A DNA stretch of 64,000 nt from Mobula hypostoma. Taxonomy: Eukaryota. Positions 23,174 to 37,446 of the stretch are shown here, in pieces (the stretch's first letter is position 1; each line of letters begins with the position of its first letter). Where the stretch lies: NCBI RefSeq assembly GCF_963921235.1, contig NC_086118.1:19222001-19286000 (forward strand). The letters run 5' to 3'. A model generated the notes under the pieces. The model made no database searches, was not told the origin of the DNA, and worked only from the letters and a program-made list of their open reading frames with translations. The position numbers and the translations under genes were made by a program.

Positions 23174-26100
23174 GTGTGTTACAGTGTAACATATACAGGT
23201 AACTATTGGCCCATGGAGAAAAATGTGGATGTGCACATGTGAGATAGACTACAAACCCATATAACCAATAAGAACGGTGATAGGTTGTCCATCACATTCA
23301 TGTTGTTTCTGTTTGCCATGGGTATTCAGTCTGCAGCACCAATAGAATTCCCAACACTGGAAATAGAATTAGCAGTGTCTGCAGATCTAATGTAAAACTG
23401 ACAATAATATTTCATTTTCTTTTCACTATCTTCAGTGTCTGCAGCTATAGCCGCTGATGAAGGTCAATAATAGAAAAGAGAGCTACCAACAAAGCATCGT
23501 TTTGCTGATGGAAGTCAACACTCAGCACCAATGGTACAACAATGTATCAAAATTCTTGTTACAATTCATACTCTACATGATTTTTAAAGAATAAACCCCC
23601 GTACCATACTCACATACCCCTTTCACAATCTGAAAGACCTCAAGAACTCTATTGCCTTTTATGCAGAAATAAGTTCAATTTTTCTTATGTATTTTTGTAA
23701 CAGAATTTCATTTTCCACAAGGTTTGCTGAAAATAAAATATTAAATTTATCTTTTGGTGGGCAGCTTCCAGTGACCCTGTTAATGAGCACAAACTTGGCT
23801 GCAAAATTTCTGAAAACCAGAAAATTAAATTCACTTGATGTAAACTGTTGTAAATTTTATGCCAGTTCATTGAAGGAGCCCAATGTATGTGCGTCTCCGA
23901 TTTTAAAAATCTGATTTCAAGCCCTAGTTTCAGGCACACACTGGATGACTTAATCAGGAATGGTGAGTGAAACCCTTCTGGACTGGAGTGTGCAAGGTGT
24001 AAACCCATTAGTATGTCAGACCCCTGGGCAGGATCAAACTATTTATCCAGCTGTTGATAATAGTAATGTTTGACATCACTACTACTGTGGTTACAGCTCA
24101 GTGGAAGGCATCTGGTCAAATAATCAGTCTGGCTGCATCAGTACACTAAATATAATTTCAATGGATGTTTTCAGTATTGGGACATAATTTTCAGTACAAT
24201 TACATCATGCATCCCATTAATTTGTTATCTTAATGTGGTGAACAAAATCATGTCAGCTTTTCAGTGCTGCTCTTTGCTTACATAGGTGAAGCAGCACTTG
24301 TTCCCAGAGCAATCTTTGGAGTTAAGAAGTCAGCATGTACATGAAATATAGCTGCAGGCCACAGCAAGATAGAGAACGGAAGCCACTTGGGAGCTAATTT
24401 ACTCCTGCAGATGTACTATTGTAAAATACCTGATGCTGGAATGGAGACAAATGCTGTTCCTGTCAGTCTCTGGTTAATCTTGTTTCTCCACCACCCCCCA
24501 AGTCTTTTGAGAGCTATATGCAAATATTATGCAGAACTCAGATCTTAAGTGTATGATAGAAAGCGATTTGTAGCAGGACCCTTGGGGGCAGCTGAACAGT
24601 TGAAAAGTCTGAACTCTTAAGGATCCTTCACCAGGGTTCCAGACAGTTCAGTGAGAGGTGCAACGTACACTGTGCTAGAGGATGTAGCGGGCTCCTAATT
24701 ATTATCAGTGAAATTTTCTCAACAGATAATTACACTTAGTTATTTTACAATCTGCATTTAAAATCATTCAAGTTTATTTGATACCTCTAATATCTGTGCA
24801 AATGATGTTAACTGTATACTCTGATATGCGCATCAAATCTATCCCAAATGCCACAGAAGAGCATAAGTAGCCCCATGAAGATATTGGGGTAGATCTCCAC
24901 TAGCGTTGCCTATAAATAGAAAGTGACTCCCTGACTGCGATGGGAGAAGCAGGGAACCCAGCATCTCTCCAGATCTGAGAAAAATCTAATGGCAACTTTA
25001 GCAAAGCCTTAACTGGGTGCTTAGAACACAGACCAATTCCTTCTTATTTAAACTTGGTTCTAGAAGTCCTGTCTTAAAGACACAACTCAGAGATAATTAT
25101 CTCATCTCCCTTCTGTTTCTCTTCAAACATTTCTGCGTCCACCTCATAGCAGAGCGGTGAGTTAATGCCAGCCCCTTCCCTTTATGAACCTTGTAGGAAT
25201 CCTTCATGTATGTTTTTAATATCCAGGATCTTATTGTCCTATATTTGTAAGTGTTTCTATATATTTATGCATAATTAATAGCTAAACTGTTCAAGGACCA
25301 TTTCTTGCTCAACTGGTTGATTGTTGCCAAGTGTCTGGTGTCAACTTGGTACCACAGGCCTCTGGACTTATTAGCTCATTATTTAAAATGAATTATAGTC
25401 AATTGCAAACTGCTCTTTCCTGGCCTGACTGATTGACAGCTATAATTACATTCTACAGTACATGCTTTCTGTATCTGTAGTGTCCCTGCACTGGAGTACA
25501 ATTAGACAATTCTTAGTGGCAATGTGACAGTTTGGTGACAATTTTCTCGGTTGCACTGGACAAATTGAACAGCAAATTGAGGTTAATTAAAACACTGCAT
25601 GTTGCAGATCTCCAGAACTTGCTCTTCTCCATTGATTTGCTCAACCATAATCTAACCCTCCAGGTTAGTTCATCAATTTAAAAGCAGAAAATACTGGAAA
25701 CAATCAGAAGGCTATACAACTTGACAGAAAAGAGCAGAGTTATTGCTTTAGTTAATCACCTTTCATCAAATCTTTGAACACATCAAAGATCATTGACCCA
25801 AATGCATCTTGACCTGAGTACTTCCAGCATTTTCCGCAGCTTATTTCCAGCATCTGGACTTTATAGTTTCGAGTTTTATAAGAATATACATGATTTCTAT
25901 AACAATTGCTTATTAAGCTCATTACAGTGATTAAATTGGTACATGGAGCTTAGAAAAATAGAGGGCTATGGGTAAGCCTAGGTAGTTCTAAGGTAAGGAC
26001 ATGTTTGGCACAGCGTTGTGAGCCAAAAGGTCTATATTGTGCTGTAGGTTTTCTATGTTTCTAAATTAATTGCATCATGCTAGTGTCATTATCATTGATA

Positions 26101-26741
26101 ATTCAATGCTAATCAGACTTTCTGATCTAAAAGTGAAAAAATACAATTCTTACTTCTTTTTTCTATAAACCATCATTCATTATTTTTGAAACTTATTGCT
26201 TTACGATGCATTCAACTCTTTTTCTGTTTTTGCCTTTTCTTTTTATCCAAATTTCTTTTTCTCTTTACTTGTCTTTCTATATCTGATTTGATTCTCACTT
26301 CTTACCCATCGTTCATCTGTTTCTCAATTATTAAACTTAGGTGGTTAAAGTGATGATCTATTCTTCACAGTTAGTTAACTCCCAGTTGCTCCACAGAAAT
26401 GTGGAATTTTCAGTCCTGGAGAAGAGTATTCATCCTATTGTGCGGACTTGAACTAACTTAGCTATAATTCCCTAGTTTATCTCAGCAGCCCTGTAACAAA
26501 CTTCTGAATTGCAGAAAATTATCTAATTCACTTGAGAATGTTATTGCCAAACCTGCTAAGCAATAAATTCTAAACAATAATGAAAAACTGATAAATTAAA
26601 ATAGAAAACACTGGAAGCATTCATCTGGCCAGCCAGCATCTATGGAAACAGTTCAGACTGAAGATACTTCACCAGAATATGAAAAATGGTTTTTCTACTT
26701 TGAATTCTTCAATCTTGTATCTGGTTAAAGGCTATTTTTCA

Positions 26742-26810
26742 AAATGCTGCTGCTGTAACAAAACAATTTCCCACTCGGGATCAATAAAGTATTTATTTAT
26801 TATTATTATT
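26742..26810 (+). mobile_element. LINE 3'-tip fragment with (TAT)n tail
   Basis: TTTCCCACTCGGGATCAATAAAGTATTTATTTATTATTATT, the same terminus type as at 7740-7800 and 52055-52110. Confidence 0.55.
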
Positions 26811-29759
26811 AATGGAAAATTACTTCTGAATGACTTGAAAACAGTAGCATGATTTTCAATGCACCACTTTTTAATCTATATAATCTTATTCTGCTCAAAG
26901 ACTAGTCCCAGCCTTCCAATCTCCACATGCAATTGAGAAACTTTACCCCCGGTACCATTCCTGGAAACTCCATGACACTCTCTTCATGAGCTCTTTTAGC
27001 ATTTGTTGTAGGTACATGTTTTAGTGTAGTGTAAATTATGTCACCACTTTCTAAAATAAATTGAACCTATTCATTGCCAGCCCATTGAGTGTTTGGGTAG
27101 ATACAACACATTTTTCCAACCTGTTAAGTGTTAAGTAGATATATCTACACAGATTGTACGAGTTGATTAAAATTAATGTGATTGTAGCACATTTAGTTGT
27201 AAGTTCTAAACATGAGCAAAGGATTCATGAGGATATTTTCAATGTAAGTGAAAGTATACAAAATAGATTATCTGATCCAAGGAATTCATATCGTAAACAA
27301 AATGAGAGAAATAATTCAGAGAATCAAAACACCTTTAAAGTGATAAAATAATAATAATGTTCAGTGATTTGGTTCCTAGGTTTGGAAATAGAAATCAGGA
27401 AATATTAAGTGAAAGGCTGAGAAGTTATTTCTATTTCTAGAGCATTCATGGATTAACAGGTGAACCTGTCATTTCCTGGTAAATATTCAGGGCAGATTAA
27501 TCTCATTTCCACTAATTGCTTTGCTCTCATGTTGAACCCCAATGGCTTTGAAAGAGCATAATCTGCTTAGTTGCCTGAAGCATAGGTCATAGGTGTTAGC
27601 GAAGGTTCCCGTTCACCCACTGTCAATTGTTTCTGCTGCATACTGTGTAACAGGAAAACAGTGGAGGTCAGCAAGTAAATCCCTCTTCTGTTAAAGCAGA
27701 CTGCTAGTAACTTCTACTTTAACAAGTTGCCAGTTAATCAGTGGCAGCAGGGACCTGTGCACCTGCCTTAGGAAAGAATTGTAGAAAACACAACTTTTCT
27801 GTAAATCATGGAGACAAAAATCTTTCAAGCATATCTATTATTCCTCTTTTACTGAAATCTAAACCATGATAGGAGCAGGACTATAAATTCTCATACTCAC
27901 ACTATAGTTAGCTTAGAATTGCTGGACTGATGTTTGATTCATTTCATTCCTCTCTATCCTCTTGCAAGCTTGCTTTCCATCACTTAGCAATTTGGCTGGT
28001 GCATCGTGAATGGTCACTTGCATGAGTTATGAGTGGGATACACGTGCAAAGAATTATACTGTGGTATCAGTCAGAATTTTCTGAAGAGAATGGAAGCTGG
28101 AAAATTGATTAAATGACACCTGTGAGACCAGGAACAGATTTGTAGCTGAGTTTTGACTTACCGCTCATGAGCGTATTGCATTTTGACGGCCAGTACAAAT
28201 TCACAGCTGCTACATCACTACCAAAGTAAATTAGCAGCTTGAATATATATGAGGCTTAGTGCAGCTTGACATTTATAATTAAGAAACTCCATAATGTTTG
28301 TTCTCCATTAAAGATCAGGTTGACAGTTCCATTTGGCAGAGTCTTTAAAAATCTCTCAAATTCTGAACTACTTCCCTATCTACCAATCTATTGAATAGAG
28401 AAAATGTCATTTCCCAACAGGTACAAATATCAATTGTCATGTCTATGCTTGATGAATATTACCATAAAAGAAAGTCAACATTCTATTCAGTCTTCAAATG
28501 CTACACAAAAATAAGTTTCCCTGAAGAAAATTACATAGTAAATTCCCCAATATCTCAGATAATACTGCAACTATTTGACTGGAATGGGACAAGACTGAGC
28601 ATAACGACCCCAGGAATGAGGTCTAGTGTGCTTTGAGGCCACTGATACCTGCTGAAATACTCCAATTTGACTTCAATGATTCAGTCTAGACTCTGGAAAT
28701 GCCATTTACTCACTTTGGAAACTGTGAGGACAGGATCAAGCTCTGATACTATAACACCCACCTCCCCAGTTCTCTCCACTATTACATATGCCTATAAGCT
28801 CTCTCTGCTTTTGAAGAGTGGTTATTTAAATGTAAAATGCAACCATTGTATATCCATTACCTATTACAAGTTAGGAACTTTAGCAGCACAGGAGAAAACA
28901 ACTTATATTTAGAGTTAAAAAGATAGTTGTGGATTGTGATTTTTTTACTGCTATCACATTGATTTCTGCATATTTGGTGTTGAAATAACACAGGAATTAA
29001 CAGAGACTAACTAAAGGGGAACTGATTTGATCCTGTAAAATCTTGGTTGATTTTTACTAAATTTTTACTTTGAGCTGCTGGCTGAAGTTGGGGGATAGTT
29101 TGATACTCCACTCTTGCCAGTTTGGTATTACCTGGAGATGCCAGCATTTTGTGTGTGCTACTTCCAATTTCCAGCATCTGTAGATTTTCTTCTGTTTGAG
29201 TTTTCTCATCAATGTAAAAATGGTAACTATCTTTCAGATACATTCAGCCCAATTTAAACATGATAATGTCAGTATGGTTGCCTCCCATCCAGTACAAACA
29301 TAATTCATCATGATTACAAATGGTCCAGTCTTGTGGTACAGGGATATTATTGGAATATCAGCATTGCTAAAAGAATAAAAACATGGCTCTTAGAATTGGT
29401 ATAATCTGGACAACATAATAGCCTTTAACATTTTATTTTCTGGTTATAAATAGCTATCAATAGATCTCTCACTAGCACAATCATTTGAAAGCAATCAAAA
29501 AACATATTAGGTACTTTACAATCATCTAGTGTGCATTTGTTCCACACTGTGGCAGAGAGAGGGTCCTCAGCTCTACCACAGAAGGAGCTTGAACTGCTGC
29601 CAACCAGTGAACAGGATTGCGAGACAAAGAGGAGATTTCATATAGGGATAAAATTGAAGAGTAAAAAGCAGCTCTTTGCATCAATTTTTGGAGTTTGAAT
29701 TGTGGCCATTTCATGAACATGATTCATTAGCAAGGGTGATAAAACAAGGCAGGGACAAG

Positions 29760-32700
29760 TGAAGTAGCCATTGTTGGAGTGGGCTATTGTTAGAGGGGGG
29801 AGGCCTTGTCTTTGGCTCATCAAGCTTAGATGAGGTCACAGTTGCCAAGGTAAGTATCTGCTAAATTTCTTCTTCATTCTTCATCCCTCGTCTGTTTGTG
29901 CATAGATGGAGCAGTGAGAATGACTCCAGTGGCAGTGTTATGTTCTTGGTGCAAGATATGGGAATTCAGGGAGACCTACAGACTCCCAGATAACCACATC
30001 TGCACAAGGTGCACCACGCTGCAGCTCCTCAGAGAACATGTTGAAAAACTGGAGCTGCAGCTTAGTGACACTCAGCTCTTACAGGAGAATGAGGAAATGA
30101 TAGATAGGAGCTACTGGGAGATAGTCACCTCAAGGCTGCAGGAGGAAGGTAACTAGATGACTGTCAGGAAGATAGTACAGAGTACCCCTGTGGCCATTTC
30201 CCTCAGTAATAAGAATACTGTTGAGAGGGATGATCTATCAGATGGGGAGCCACAGCGACTGAGTCTCTGGCACTGAGTCTGTGCTGTGCCTCAGAAGGGA
30301 AGGGAGGTGGAGGGGGCTGCAGCAGTGATAGGAGATTCCATAGTTAGATGAATAGATATGGGATTCTGTGGATGTGATAGAGACACCTGGATGGTATGTT
30401 GTCTCCCAGGTGCCAAGGTCAGAGCTGTCTCACACTGGGTCCACAATATTCTAAAGTAGGGAAGGTGAGCAGACAGAACTTTTGGTATATATTGGCACCA
30501 TGACATAAGTAGGAAAGACGAGAAGATCCTGGAGAGAAATTTTATGGAGTTAGGTAGAAAGCTGAAAAACAGGACCACCAAGACAGTCACCTCTGGATTG
30601 CTGCCTGTGCCACACAATGTTAAGGGTAAGAATAAGTATTTAGTAGATAAATGTGTGGTTGAGGAACTGGTGCAGGGGGCAGGAGTTCAGATTTCTGGAT
30701 CATTGGGATCTCTTCTGGGGAAGTTATGACCTGTATAAAAGGAACAGGTTACACCTGAACTCGAGAGGAACAAATATCCTTGCAGGAAGGTTTGCTAGCG
30801 CTGTTCCGGTGGATGGGAAAGGATTGATAGGACTAAGCTGGCTTACAAGCAGAGGCAGGGTGTAGTGAGACTGCTAGCAAGGACTGGTTGATGATAGCAG
30901 AAAATTGCAGTCAATGGGATGAGTTACAATGTAGAATGGGGACAAAATCAAAAAGGGTGATGAATACAGGACTGAAGGTGATATGCTTGAATGCATGCAG
31001 TATATAGAGTAAGGTAGACAAGCTTGAAGCACAGTTAGAGGTTGGTAGCTACGATGTTGTAGGCATCACTGAGTTGTTGCTGAAAGAAGATTATAACTGG
31101 GGGCTTAACATCCAAGGATACACATTGTATTGAAAGGACAAGCAGGTAGGTAGAGGGTGTGGGGTGACTCTGTTGATAAAAAATGAAATCAAATCCTTAG
31201 AAAGAGGTGACATAGGATCCAAAGATATAGAATTTTTGTGGGTAGAGTTAAGATACTGCAAGGGTAAACAGACCCTGATGGTAGTTATATATAGGCCTTT
31301 GAACAGCTGCAAAGATGGGAGATAGAAAATGCACGTCAAAAGGGAAATATTACTATAGTTATGGGGGCTTTTAGTATGCAGGTAGATTAGGAAAGTCAGG
31401 TTGGTGCTGGATCCCAAGAGGGGGAATTTGTAGAATACCTATGAGATGCCTTTTTGAAAGCAGCTCGTAGTTGAGTGAACTTGGGGATCAGTTATTCTGG
31501 ATTGGGTGTTGTGCAATGAATCAGAATTGTTTAGGGAGCTGACAGTAAAGGAACCCTGAGAGAACCAGTGGTCATAATATGATAGAACTCACCTTGTAAT
31601 TTGAGTCAGATGTTTTGTAGCCTGGGGAAAAGTACACACTCAAGACAACAAAGACTTTTTCGGGTTTTAATTCCTTTATCTGTTTTATATGTATAAGTGC
31701 CAGACGAGGGTCGCAAAACAAAACGAACCAATTTACAACTAGTTCTTGCCGTTACAATCTCAGTTTAACTTTTGATCCACACCCTTGTGTATGAACAGAA
31801 TTGTGTATGCAGTATCAAAAATACCAGAATACAGTACTAATACGGTAGGGGCAATTCTGAAGGAACACGATACAAACATTAGAATCCCACCGCCCCTGCA
31901 TCTTATACATAACAGTGAAAAATGTAAGCGAATACGTCTCATCTAAGACATCTACTACTTTTTAGTACACACGTGCTGAACTTCTGAACAGAGACTAAGC
32001 ATTCACATTACACGGTTACATTCACAATCAATCCTGATACAATAAAGTTAGACAAAAGGTACACTCTGGCACAACTTTTACAAGGTATTGCCTGGTAGTT
32101 AAATTACAAGAAGACTGACCTACTTGGATGGTGAGGAACTTTGTATAAGCCGCACTACCCAGCGTTGATTCCTTCACTTGTGGAAATCTAAAGCATCCAC
32201 ATGTAAAACATGTCCAATTACCAATATTCTTGATTCGCCAACAAGAATAAACGAGTTCACATGGATATTGTCAATTAATGCTCACCTTTCCTCACCATGC
32301 CCAGCCTCGGGAGGAACTCAATTCCAACGCCCTAGCACATCTTCAGCAGAAAGCAAAATAGTCTCCCTACTATCCCACGTGTGCGTAATGACATCACCGT
32401 CTCCCTTAAAGGCACAGACAACTAAGTACACTTTTAACAATACTAGATAAGATCAGATGGTCACCCAGTTACAGATGTATCAGTATTACAGTGGAGTAAA
32501 GGGAATTACAGAGGTATGAGAGAGGACCTGACTAAAGTTGATTGGAAGGAGACACTAGCAGGGATGACAGCACAGCAGCAATGGCTGGGATTTCAAGGAG
32601 CAATTCAGAAGGCACAGGATAGATAGATAGATCTCAAAGAAGGAGCATTCTAAAGACAGGATGATGCCACCACGGCTGACAAGGGAAGTCAAAGCCAATA

Positions 32701-33165
32701 TAAAAGCCAAATGGAGGGCTTATAACAGAGCAAAAATTAGTGGGAAGTTAGAGGATTGGGAAAATTAATTCAACAGAAGGCAACTGAAAAGTCATAAAGA
32801 GGGAAAAGAGGGAATACAAAGATAAGCTAGCCAATGATATTAAAGATGATACCAAACATTTCTTCAGCTATATAGAGAGTAAAAGAGACAAGAGTAGATA
32901 TTGGACCACTAAAGATGCTGGAGAGGTAGTAACGGGGGACAAGGAAATGGAAGATGAAATGAATAAGTGGAAGACACCAGCAGTATGCCAGAAGTTCCAG
33001 AATGTCAAGGGGCAGAAGTTACCATTACTGAAGAGAAGTTGCTTTGGAAACTGAAAGATCTGAAGATAGATAAATCAGCTGGACCAGATGGTCTACACCC
33101 CAGGGTTCAGAAAGAGGTGGCTGAAGAGATTGTGGAGGCATTAGGTAATAATATTTCAAGAATCA
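29760..33165 (+). mobile_element. CR1 LINE 5' two-thirds, decayed: ORF1 (Zn finger, SGNH esterase) and ORF2 APE endonuclease
   Basis: LCSWCKIWE...HICTRC, VIGDSIV, CCLPGAKV, RNRLHLNSRGTNILA; APE motifs ICLNACSI, VVGITE, VIYRP; KSAGPDGLHPRV. A more 3' part appears at about 35270-35930. Confidence 0.88.
31616..32473. repeat. Probable solo LTR inserted in CR1
   Basis: Termini TGTAGCCTGGG...CCCAGTTACA. CR1 sequence GATGT appears on both sides (31609-31613, 32474-32478). Confidence 0.6.
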
Positions 33166-35240
33166 CGTTCGCCAACAAGATAGTTGGTATAGGGAGCTGA
33201 AAACCCTATTTCCTTAAATGCACTTGTAACCCTGATCTACACTTGCGCTTCCTCCGAGGTATCCTCCATGGGCACTTCTGACTACAATCGGTATTGTTTC
33301 CATTGGTTTTAAGCAGCTCTAGTTTGCTAAAATGCATCAAGACATCTTTGTTGGCTGTACTAACCTTGGAAGCAGTTGTGCTTTTTAGCTGATCAGGCTG
33401 AAACAGAAATATTTCATCACGTCCATTGAGAGTACTGTTGCTACTCGAGTCGCGCCCAGATGCCCTGGAAGTGGACTTCAGGAAGGGTAAGATGAAGGAA
33501 CACATTCCAATCCTTATAAAGGGATCAGAAGTGGAGAGAGTGAGCAGCTTCAAGTTCCTGGGTGTCAAGATCTGAGGATCTTACCTGGTCCCAACATATT
33601 GATGTAGTTATAAAGAAGGCAAGACAGCAGCTATACCTTATTAGGAGTTTGAAGAGATTTGACATGTCAACAAATACACTCAAAAACTTCTATAGTTGTA
33701 CCGTGGAGAGCATTCTGACAGGTTGCATCACTGTCTGGTATGGAGGGGCGACTGCACAGGACCAAAAGAAGCTGCAGAAGGTTGTAAATCTAGTCAGCTG
33801 CATCTTGGGCGCTAACCTACAAAGTACCCACGACATCTTTAGGGAGCAGTGTTTCAGAAAGGTAGCGCCCGTTATTAAGGACCTCCAGCTCCCAGGGCAT
33901 GCCCTTTTCTCACTGTTACCATCAGGTAGGAGGTACAGAAGCCTGAAGGCATACATTCAGCAATTCAAGAACAGCTTCTCCTCTGTGTGTCACAATGGGG
34001 GGTTGGGAACAGACCCAAATGCAAGACACAGACACTGAAGTACAAGGAACAGGACTTGACTAGAGCAGGGACGTGACAGGATTCAGACCAGGAGCAGGAA
34101 CAAGAACACAGACTTGGGCTAGGGAAAGCGGGACCAGGACCAGAAACCATGGACTAGGAAACAAGGCTTCGACTCCGAGCCCGAGACTGGAGGCTTGAGG
34201 CTGGGGACGGCAGGCCATGGGTCCTGGAACCCGAGCCTGACGCTTGGAGACAGGCCGGGGGTCCTGGAGCCCGAGCGTGGAGCTTGGAGACAGGCGTGGG
34301 GTCTTCACATCAACAGAGAGCCGGGACTTATCCTTCAGAAAGCCAGGACTCATCTTTAACTCAACACTAACATGAGACTGGACTGAACATAGACACAGAG
34401 CCAGGACTCATCCATAGATCAGCCAGGACTCAGCTTTATCTCCACACCAAGGTGGGACAGGTCCACCTGTTGGGTAACAGCAGAACAGCCAGACTCACGC
34501 AACAGAGGCAAAGACAAGACATGTCCTCCCACAGGGCAACAGCAAAACAGCTTGACTTCCCCCACAGAAGCAAGGACAAGAGACAAACACCAAAGAACAA
34601 CAGACAGCTCCATCTCTGCTCCAGGGTAGCTCCAAGTCTCAGTTCAACCAGCAACCTCTGCTGGCTACAGAAACAGCCGGATCCCTACCTAGCTCAGAGT
34701 GGCTGACAGCCACTCAGCTGGCCCAGGAAACAGCCAAATCCATACCACAAAGACTACTCCAACAAGTGGCAACAAGGCTCCATGAAGCAGTGGTCCTCCA
34801 ACCAGGCCTAGAGACCACAAATGGTTTCACTAGCCTTCCATCAGCAGGTTGCTCCAAGAGGAACTAACAAGACAAACCAGCAGCCTACATTCAACCCCAA
34901 GGCTACTTATATTCCAAGCCCAAAGATGGGAATCACGTGCCTATGATTAACTGAACCAAATGAGGGACAGCTGGAAGACCCGGAGTCCCGACTCCATGGA
35001 CCGGACCGTGAACCAGAATGCGGATTTCACAGACCGGATCATGACACTGCAATCTGATTGCTAAATGGACATTGAAGCTTTGGACACTACCTCACTTTTT
35101 TTTAATATACAGTATTTCTGTTTTTGCATGTTTTTTAAAACCTATTCAATATACATAATTGATTTACTTGTTTATTTATTATTATTATTATTATTTTATT
35201 TTTTTCTCTGCTGCTGCTAAGTTAACAAATTCTGATTTTG
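33166..35240 (+). mobile_element. Rex/Babar-like LINE: inverted 5' piece (33166-33465, minus) joined to 3' piece (33466-35240, plus)
   Basis: The minus piece encodes RKRKCRSGLQVHLRK*GFQLPIPTILLANV. The plus piece encodes KKARQQLYLIRSLKRF...ESILTGCITVWYG...LFSLLPSGRRYRSL and ends in a (TTCTGA)-type tail. Confidence 0.75.
33988..35046 (-). repeat. Probable solo LTR with internal short tandem repeats
   Basis: TGTCACAAT...ATCATGACA termini with approximate TSD CTGT/CTGC; interrupts the LINE 3' piece; internal repeats of CTTGGAGACAGGC..GGGTC and AGCCAGGACTCA. Confidence 0.62.
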
Positions 35241-35269
35241 ATTCTGATTTTTACATTATATTTAAAATA

Positions 35270-35930
35270 TTATGCATATTGGTAGCAGCAATAAGTGTAG
35301 ACTGCTTCCTAAATCTGAGGTGCAAAGGGACTTGGGGGTCTTTGTGCATGATTCCCTAAAGGTTAATTTGCAGTTTGAGTTGGTGGTGAGGAAAGCAAAT
35401 ACAATGTTACATTCATTTCGAGAGGACTAGAATATAAATGCAAGGATTTTAAGGCTTTGTAAGGCACTAGTGAGGCTTCACTTTGTGTATTCTGAGCAGT
35501 TTTAGGCCCCTTATGTAAGAAAGGATGAACTAACATTGGAGAAGGTTCAAAGGTGGCTCATGAAAATGATTCTGGGTTTGAAAGGCTTTTGATATGAGAA
35601 ACGTCTGATGTCTCTGGGCTTGTATTGACTGGAATTCAGAAGCATAAGGGAGGATGACATTAAGACCTATTGAACATTGAAAGTCCTTGATAGGGTGGAT
35701 GTGGAGAGGATATGGTAGGGGAGTCTAACATCAGAGCACACAGCCTCAGAACAGTGGGACGTCCATTTAGAGCAGAGTTGAGCAGAAATTTCTTTAGCCA
35801 GAGGGAGGTGAATCTGTGGAATTCGTTGCCACGGGCAGCTGTGGAGGCCAAGTTATTGGGTCTATTTACAGTAGAGTTGTTAGTTGGTTAGCTAGGGCAT
35901 GAAGGTTTACAGGCAGAAGTCAGGAGATCT
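35270..35930 (+). mobile_element. CR1 3' fragment, decayed
   Basis: Similar to CR1 ORF2 C-terminal regions at 48000-48600 and 49450-50150. Confidence 0.75.
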
Positions 35931-36792
35931 TACCTTATGACAGGGTTTGTCAAGTCATGTCTAAACAAGTCACCTGAAAGTATGACCATACCTCAAGAAT
36001 CTCATATTAACCACAATGCTGATCTTGGCAATTTCAGTATACATTTCTAGAAATTACCGCATGTTTTATTTTGTTTTGACTAATCAGCAAATTTAGTTCA
36101 AACTTAGGCAGTGTTAAAATATGCATCACAGCATTTTCAAGTACCACAACAGTGTATCACTAAGTAGTCCTAGCAAGTTTAAAATTACTTAATTGGACCC
36201 CATTGTATTTTTTTAAATTGAACTCTATCTGCAGATATGATTTATTTAATGCTGTCTAAATACAATGCAGGATTTTAATGCTGAAGCAACCTGTTAAAAT
36301 AATTCAGCTTCTGCAATGTGAGGATTTATGCCAGTAATTAAATTCATCATTTATTTAGATCTGCAATGAGTATTAATAGAATACCTCCACCATGCCAAAA
36401 TTCTGCAAGTTTTAATCCTTGTCTTATTCTGAGTAAAGTTGATTTTACAATTTTGTATTCCATAGAGAGTATATATTAAAAGATTAAATAATTATTGCAA
36501 ATAAAGTGAATCACAAACACAAAATGTGGGTTTTTTTGTATACATGGTTCTTCATTGAATTGAATTGACTGTATTACTTACATCCTTCAAATACATTAGG
36601 AGTAAAAGTTTTCATGTTACGTCATGGCAGAACATTCAGTCACTGTTTATCAGCTGCCAATAAAAATTTCAAGCATCTTGATTTAATTTTAATTTCTTTA
36701 ATCTGAATCAAATTGTAAATTGTGTAAAGAAAGAGATAGATCAATCTTGAGGCAACCATGATTTATTTCTCAACTTAATATTTTATTTATTC

Positions 36793-37262
36793 ATGATTCC
36801 TGGGATGGCAGGACTTTTATATGATGAAAGACTGGATTGGCTAGGCTTATACTCTCTGGAATTTAGAAGATTGAGGGGGAATCTTATTGAAACGTATAAA
36901 ATTCTAAAGGGATTGGACAGGCTAGATGTAGGAAGATTGTTCCCGATGTTAGGGAAGTCCAGAACGAGGGGTCACAGTTTGAGGATAAAGGGGAAGCCTT
37001 TTAGGACCGAGATGAGGAAAAACTTCTTCACACAGAGAGTGGTGAATCTGTGGAATTCTCTGCCACAGGAAACAGTTGAGGCCAGTTCATTGGCTATATT
37101 TAAGAGGGAGTTAGATAAGACCTTTGTGGCTAAAGGGATCAGGGGGTATGGAGAGAAGGCAGGTAGAGGGTTCTGAGTTAGATGATCAGCCATGACGGTG
37201 CAGGCTCGAAGGGCCAAATGGCCTACTCCTGCACCTATTTTCTATGTTTCTATGTTTCTATA
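36793..37262 (+). mobile_element. Young 5'-truncated CR1 with (TTCTATGT)n tail
   Basis: Open ORF LGLYSLEFRRLRGNLIETYKIL...RVVNLWNSLP; near-identical to 48259-48731. Confidence 0.9.
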
Positions 37263-37446
37263 TAAGGCACAAGAAATAAGAAATTGAAGCACAAATGGAT
37301 CATACAGTATTTCAAGCTATTCCACTATTTGACAAGATCTTGGCTCTTCTGCCTCAGCTCAACTTAGGCAAATCTTGTGCTCCATTTATCTCCATAAACT
37401 CATTAAAATTCTACTTTCAGATTTAAAATTAGTAAGCATTCATTAT

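Noticed and set aside
33562..34038. ORF resembling the domain sometimes annotated as ALKBH8 N-terminal/DUF1891
   Set aside because: It is the C-terminus of a Rex/Babar-like LINE ORF, present in several decayed copies here (22374, 42413).
34180..34440. Short direct repeats as a CRISPR-like array
   Set aside because: Irregular degenerate tandem units inside an LTR-like element, with no unique spacers or cas genes, in a eukaryotic context.
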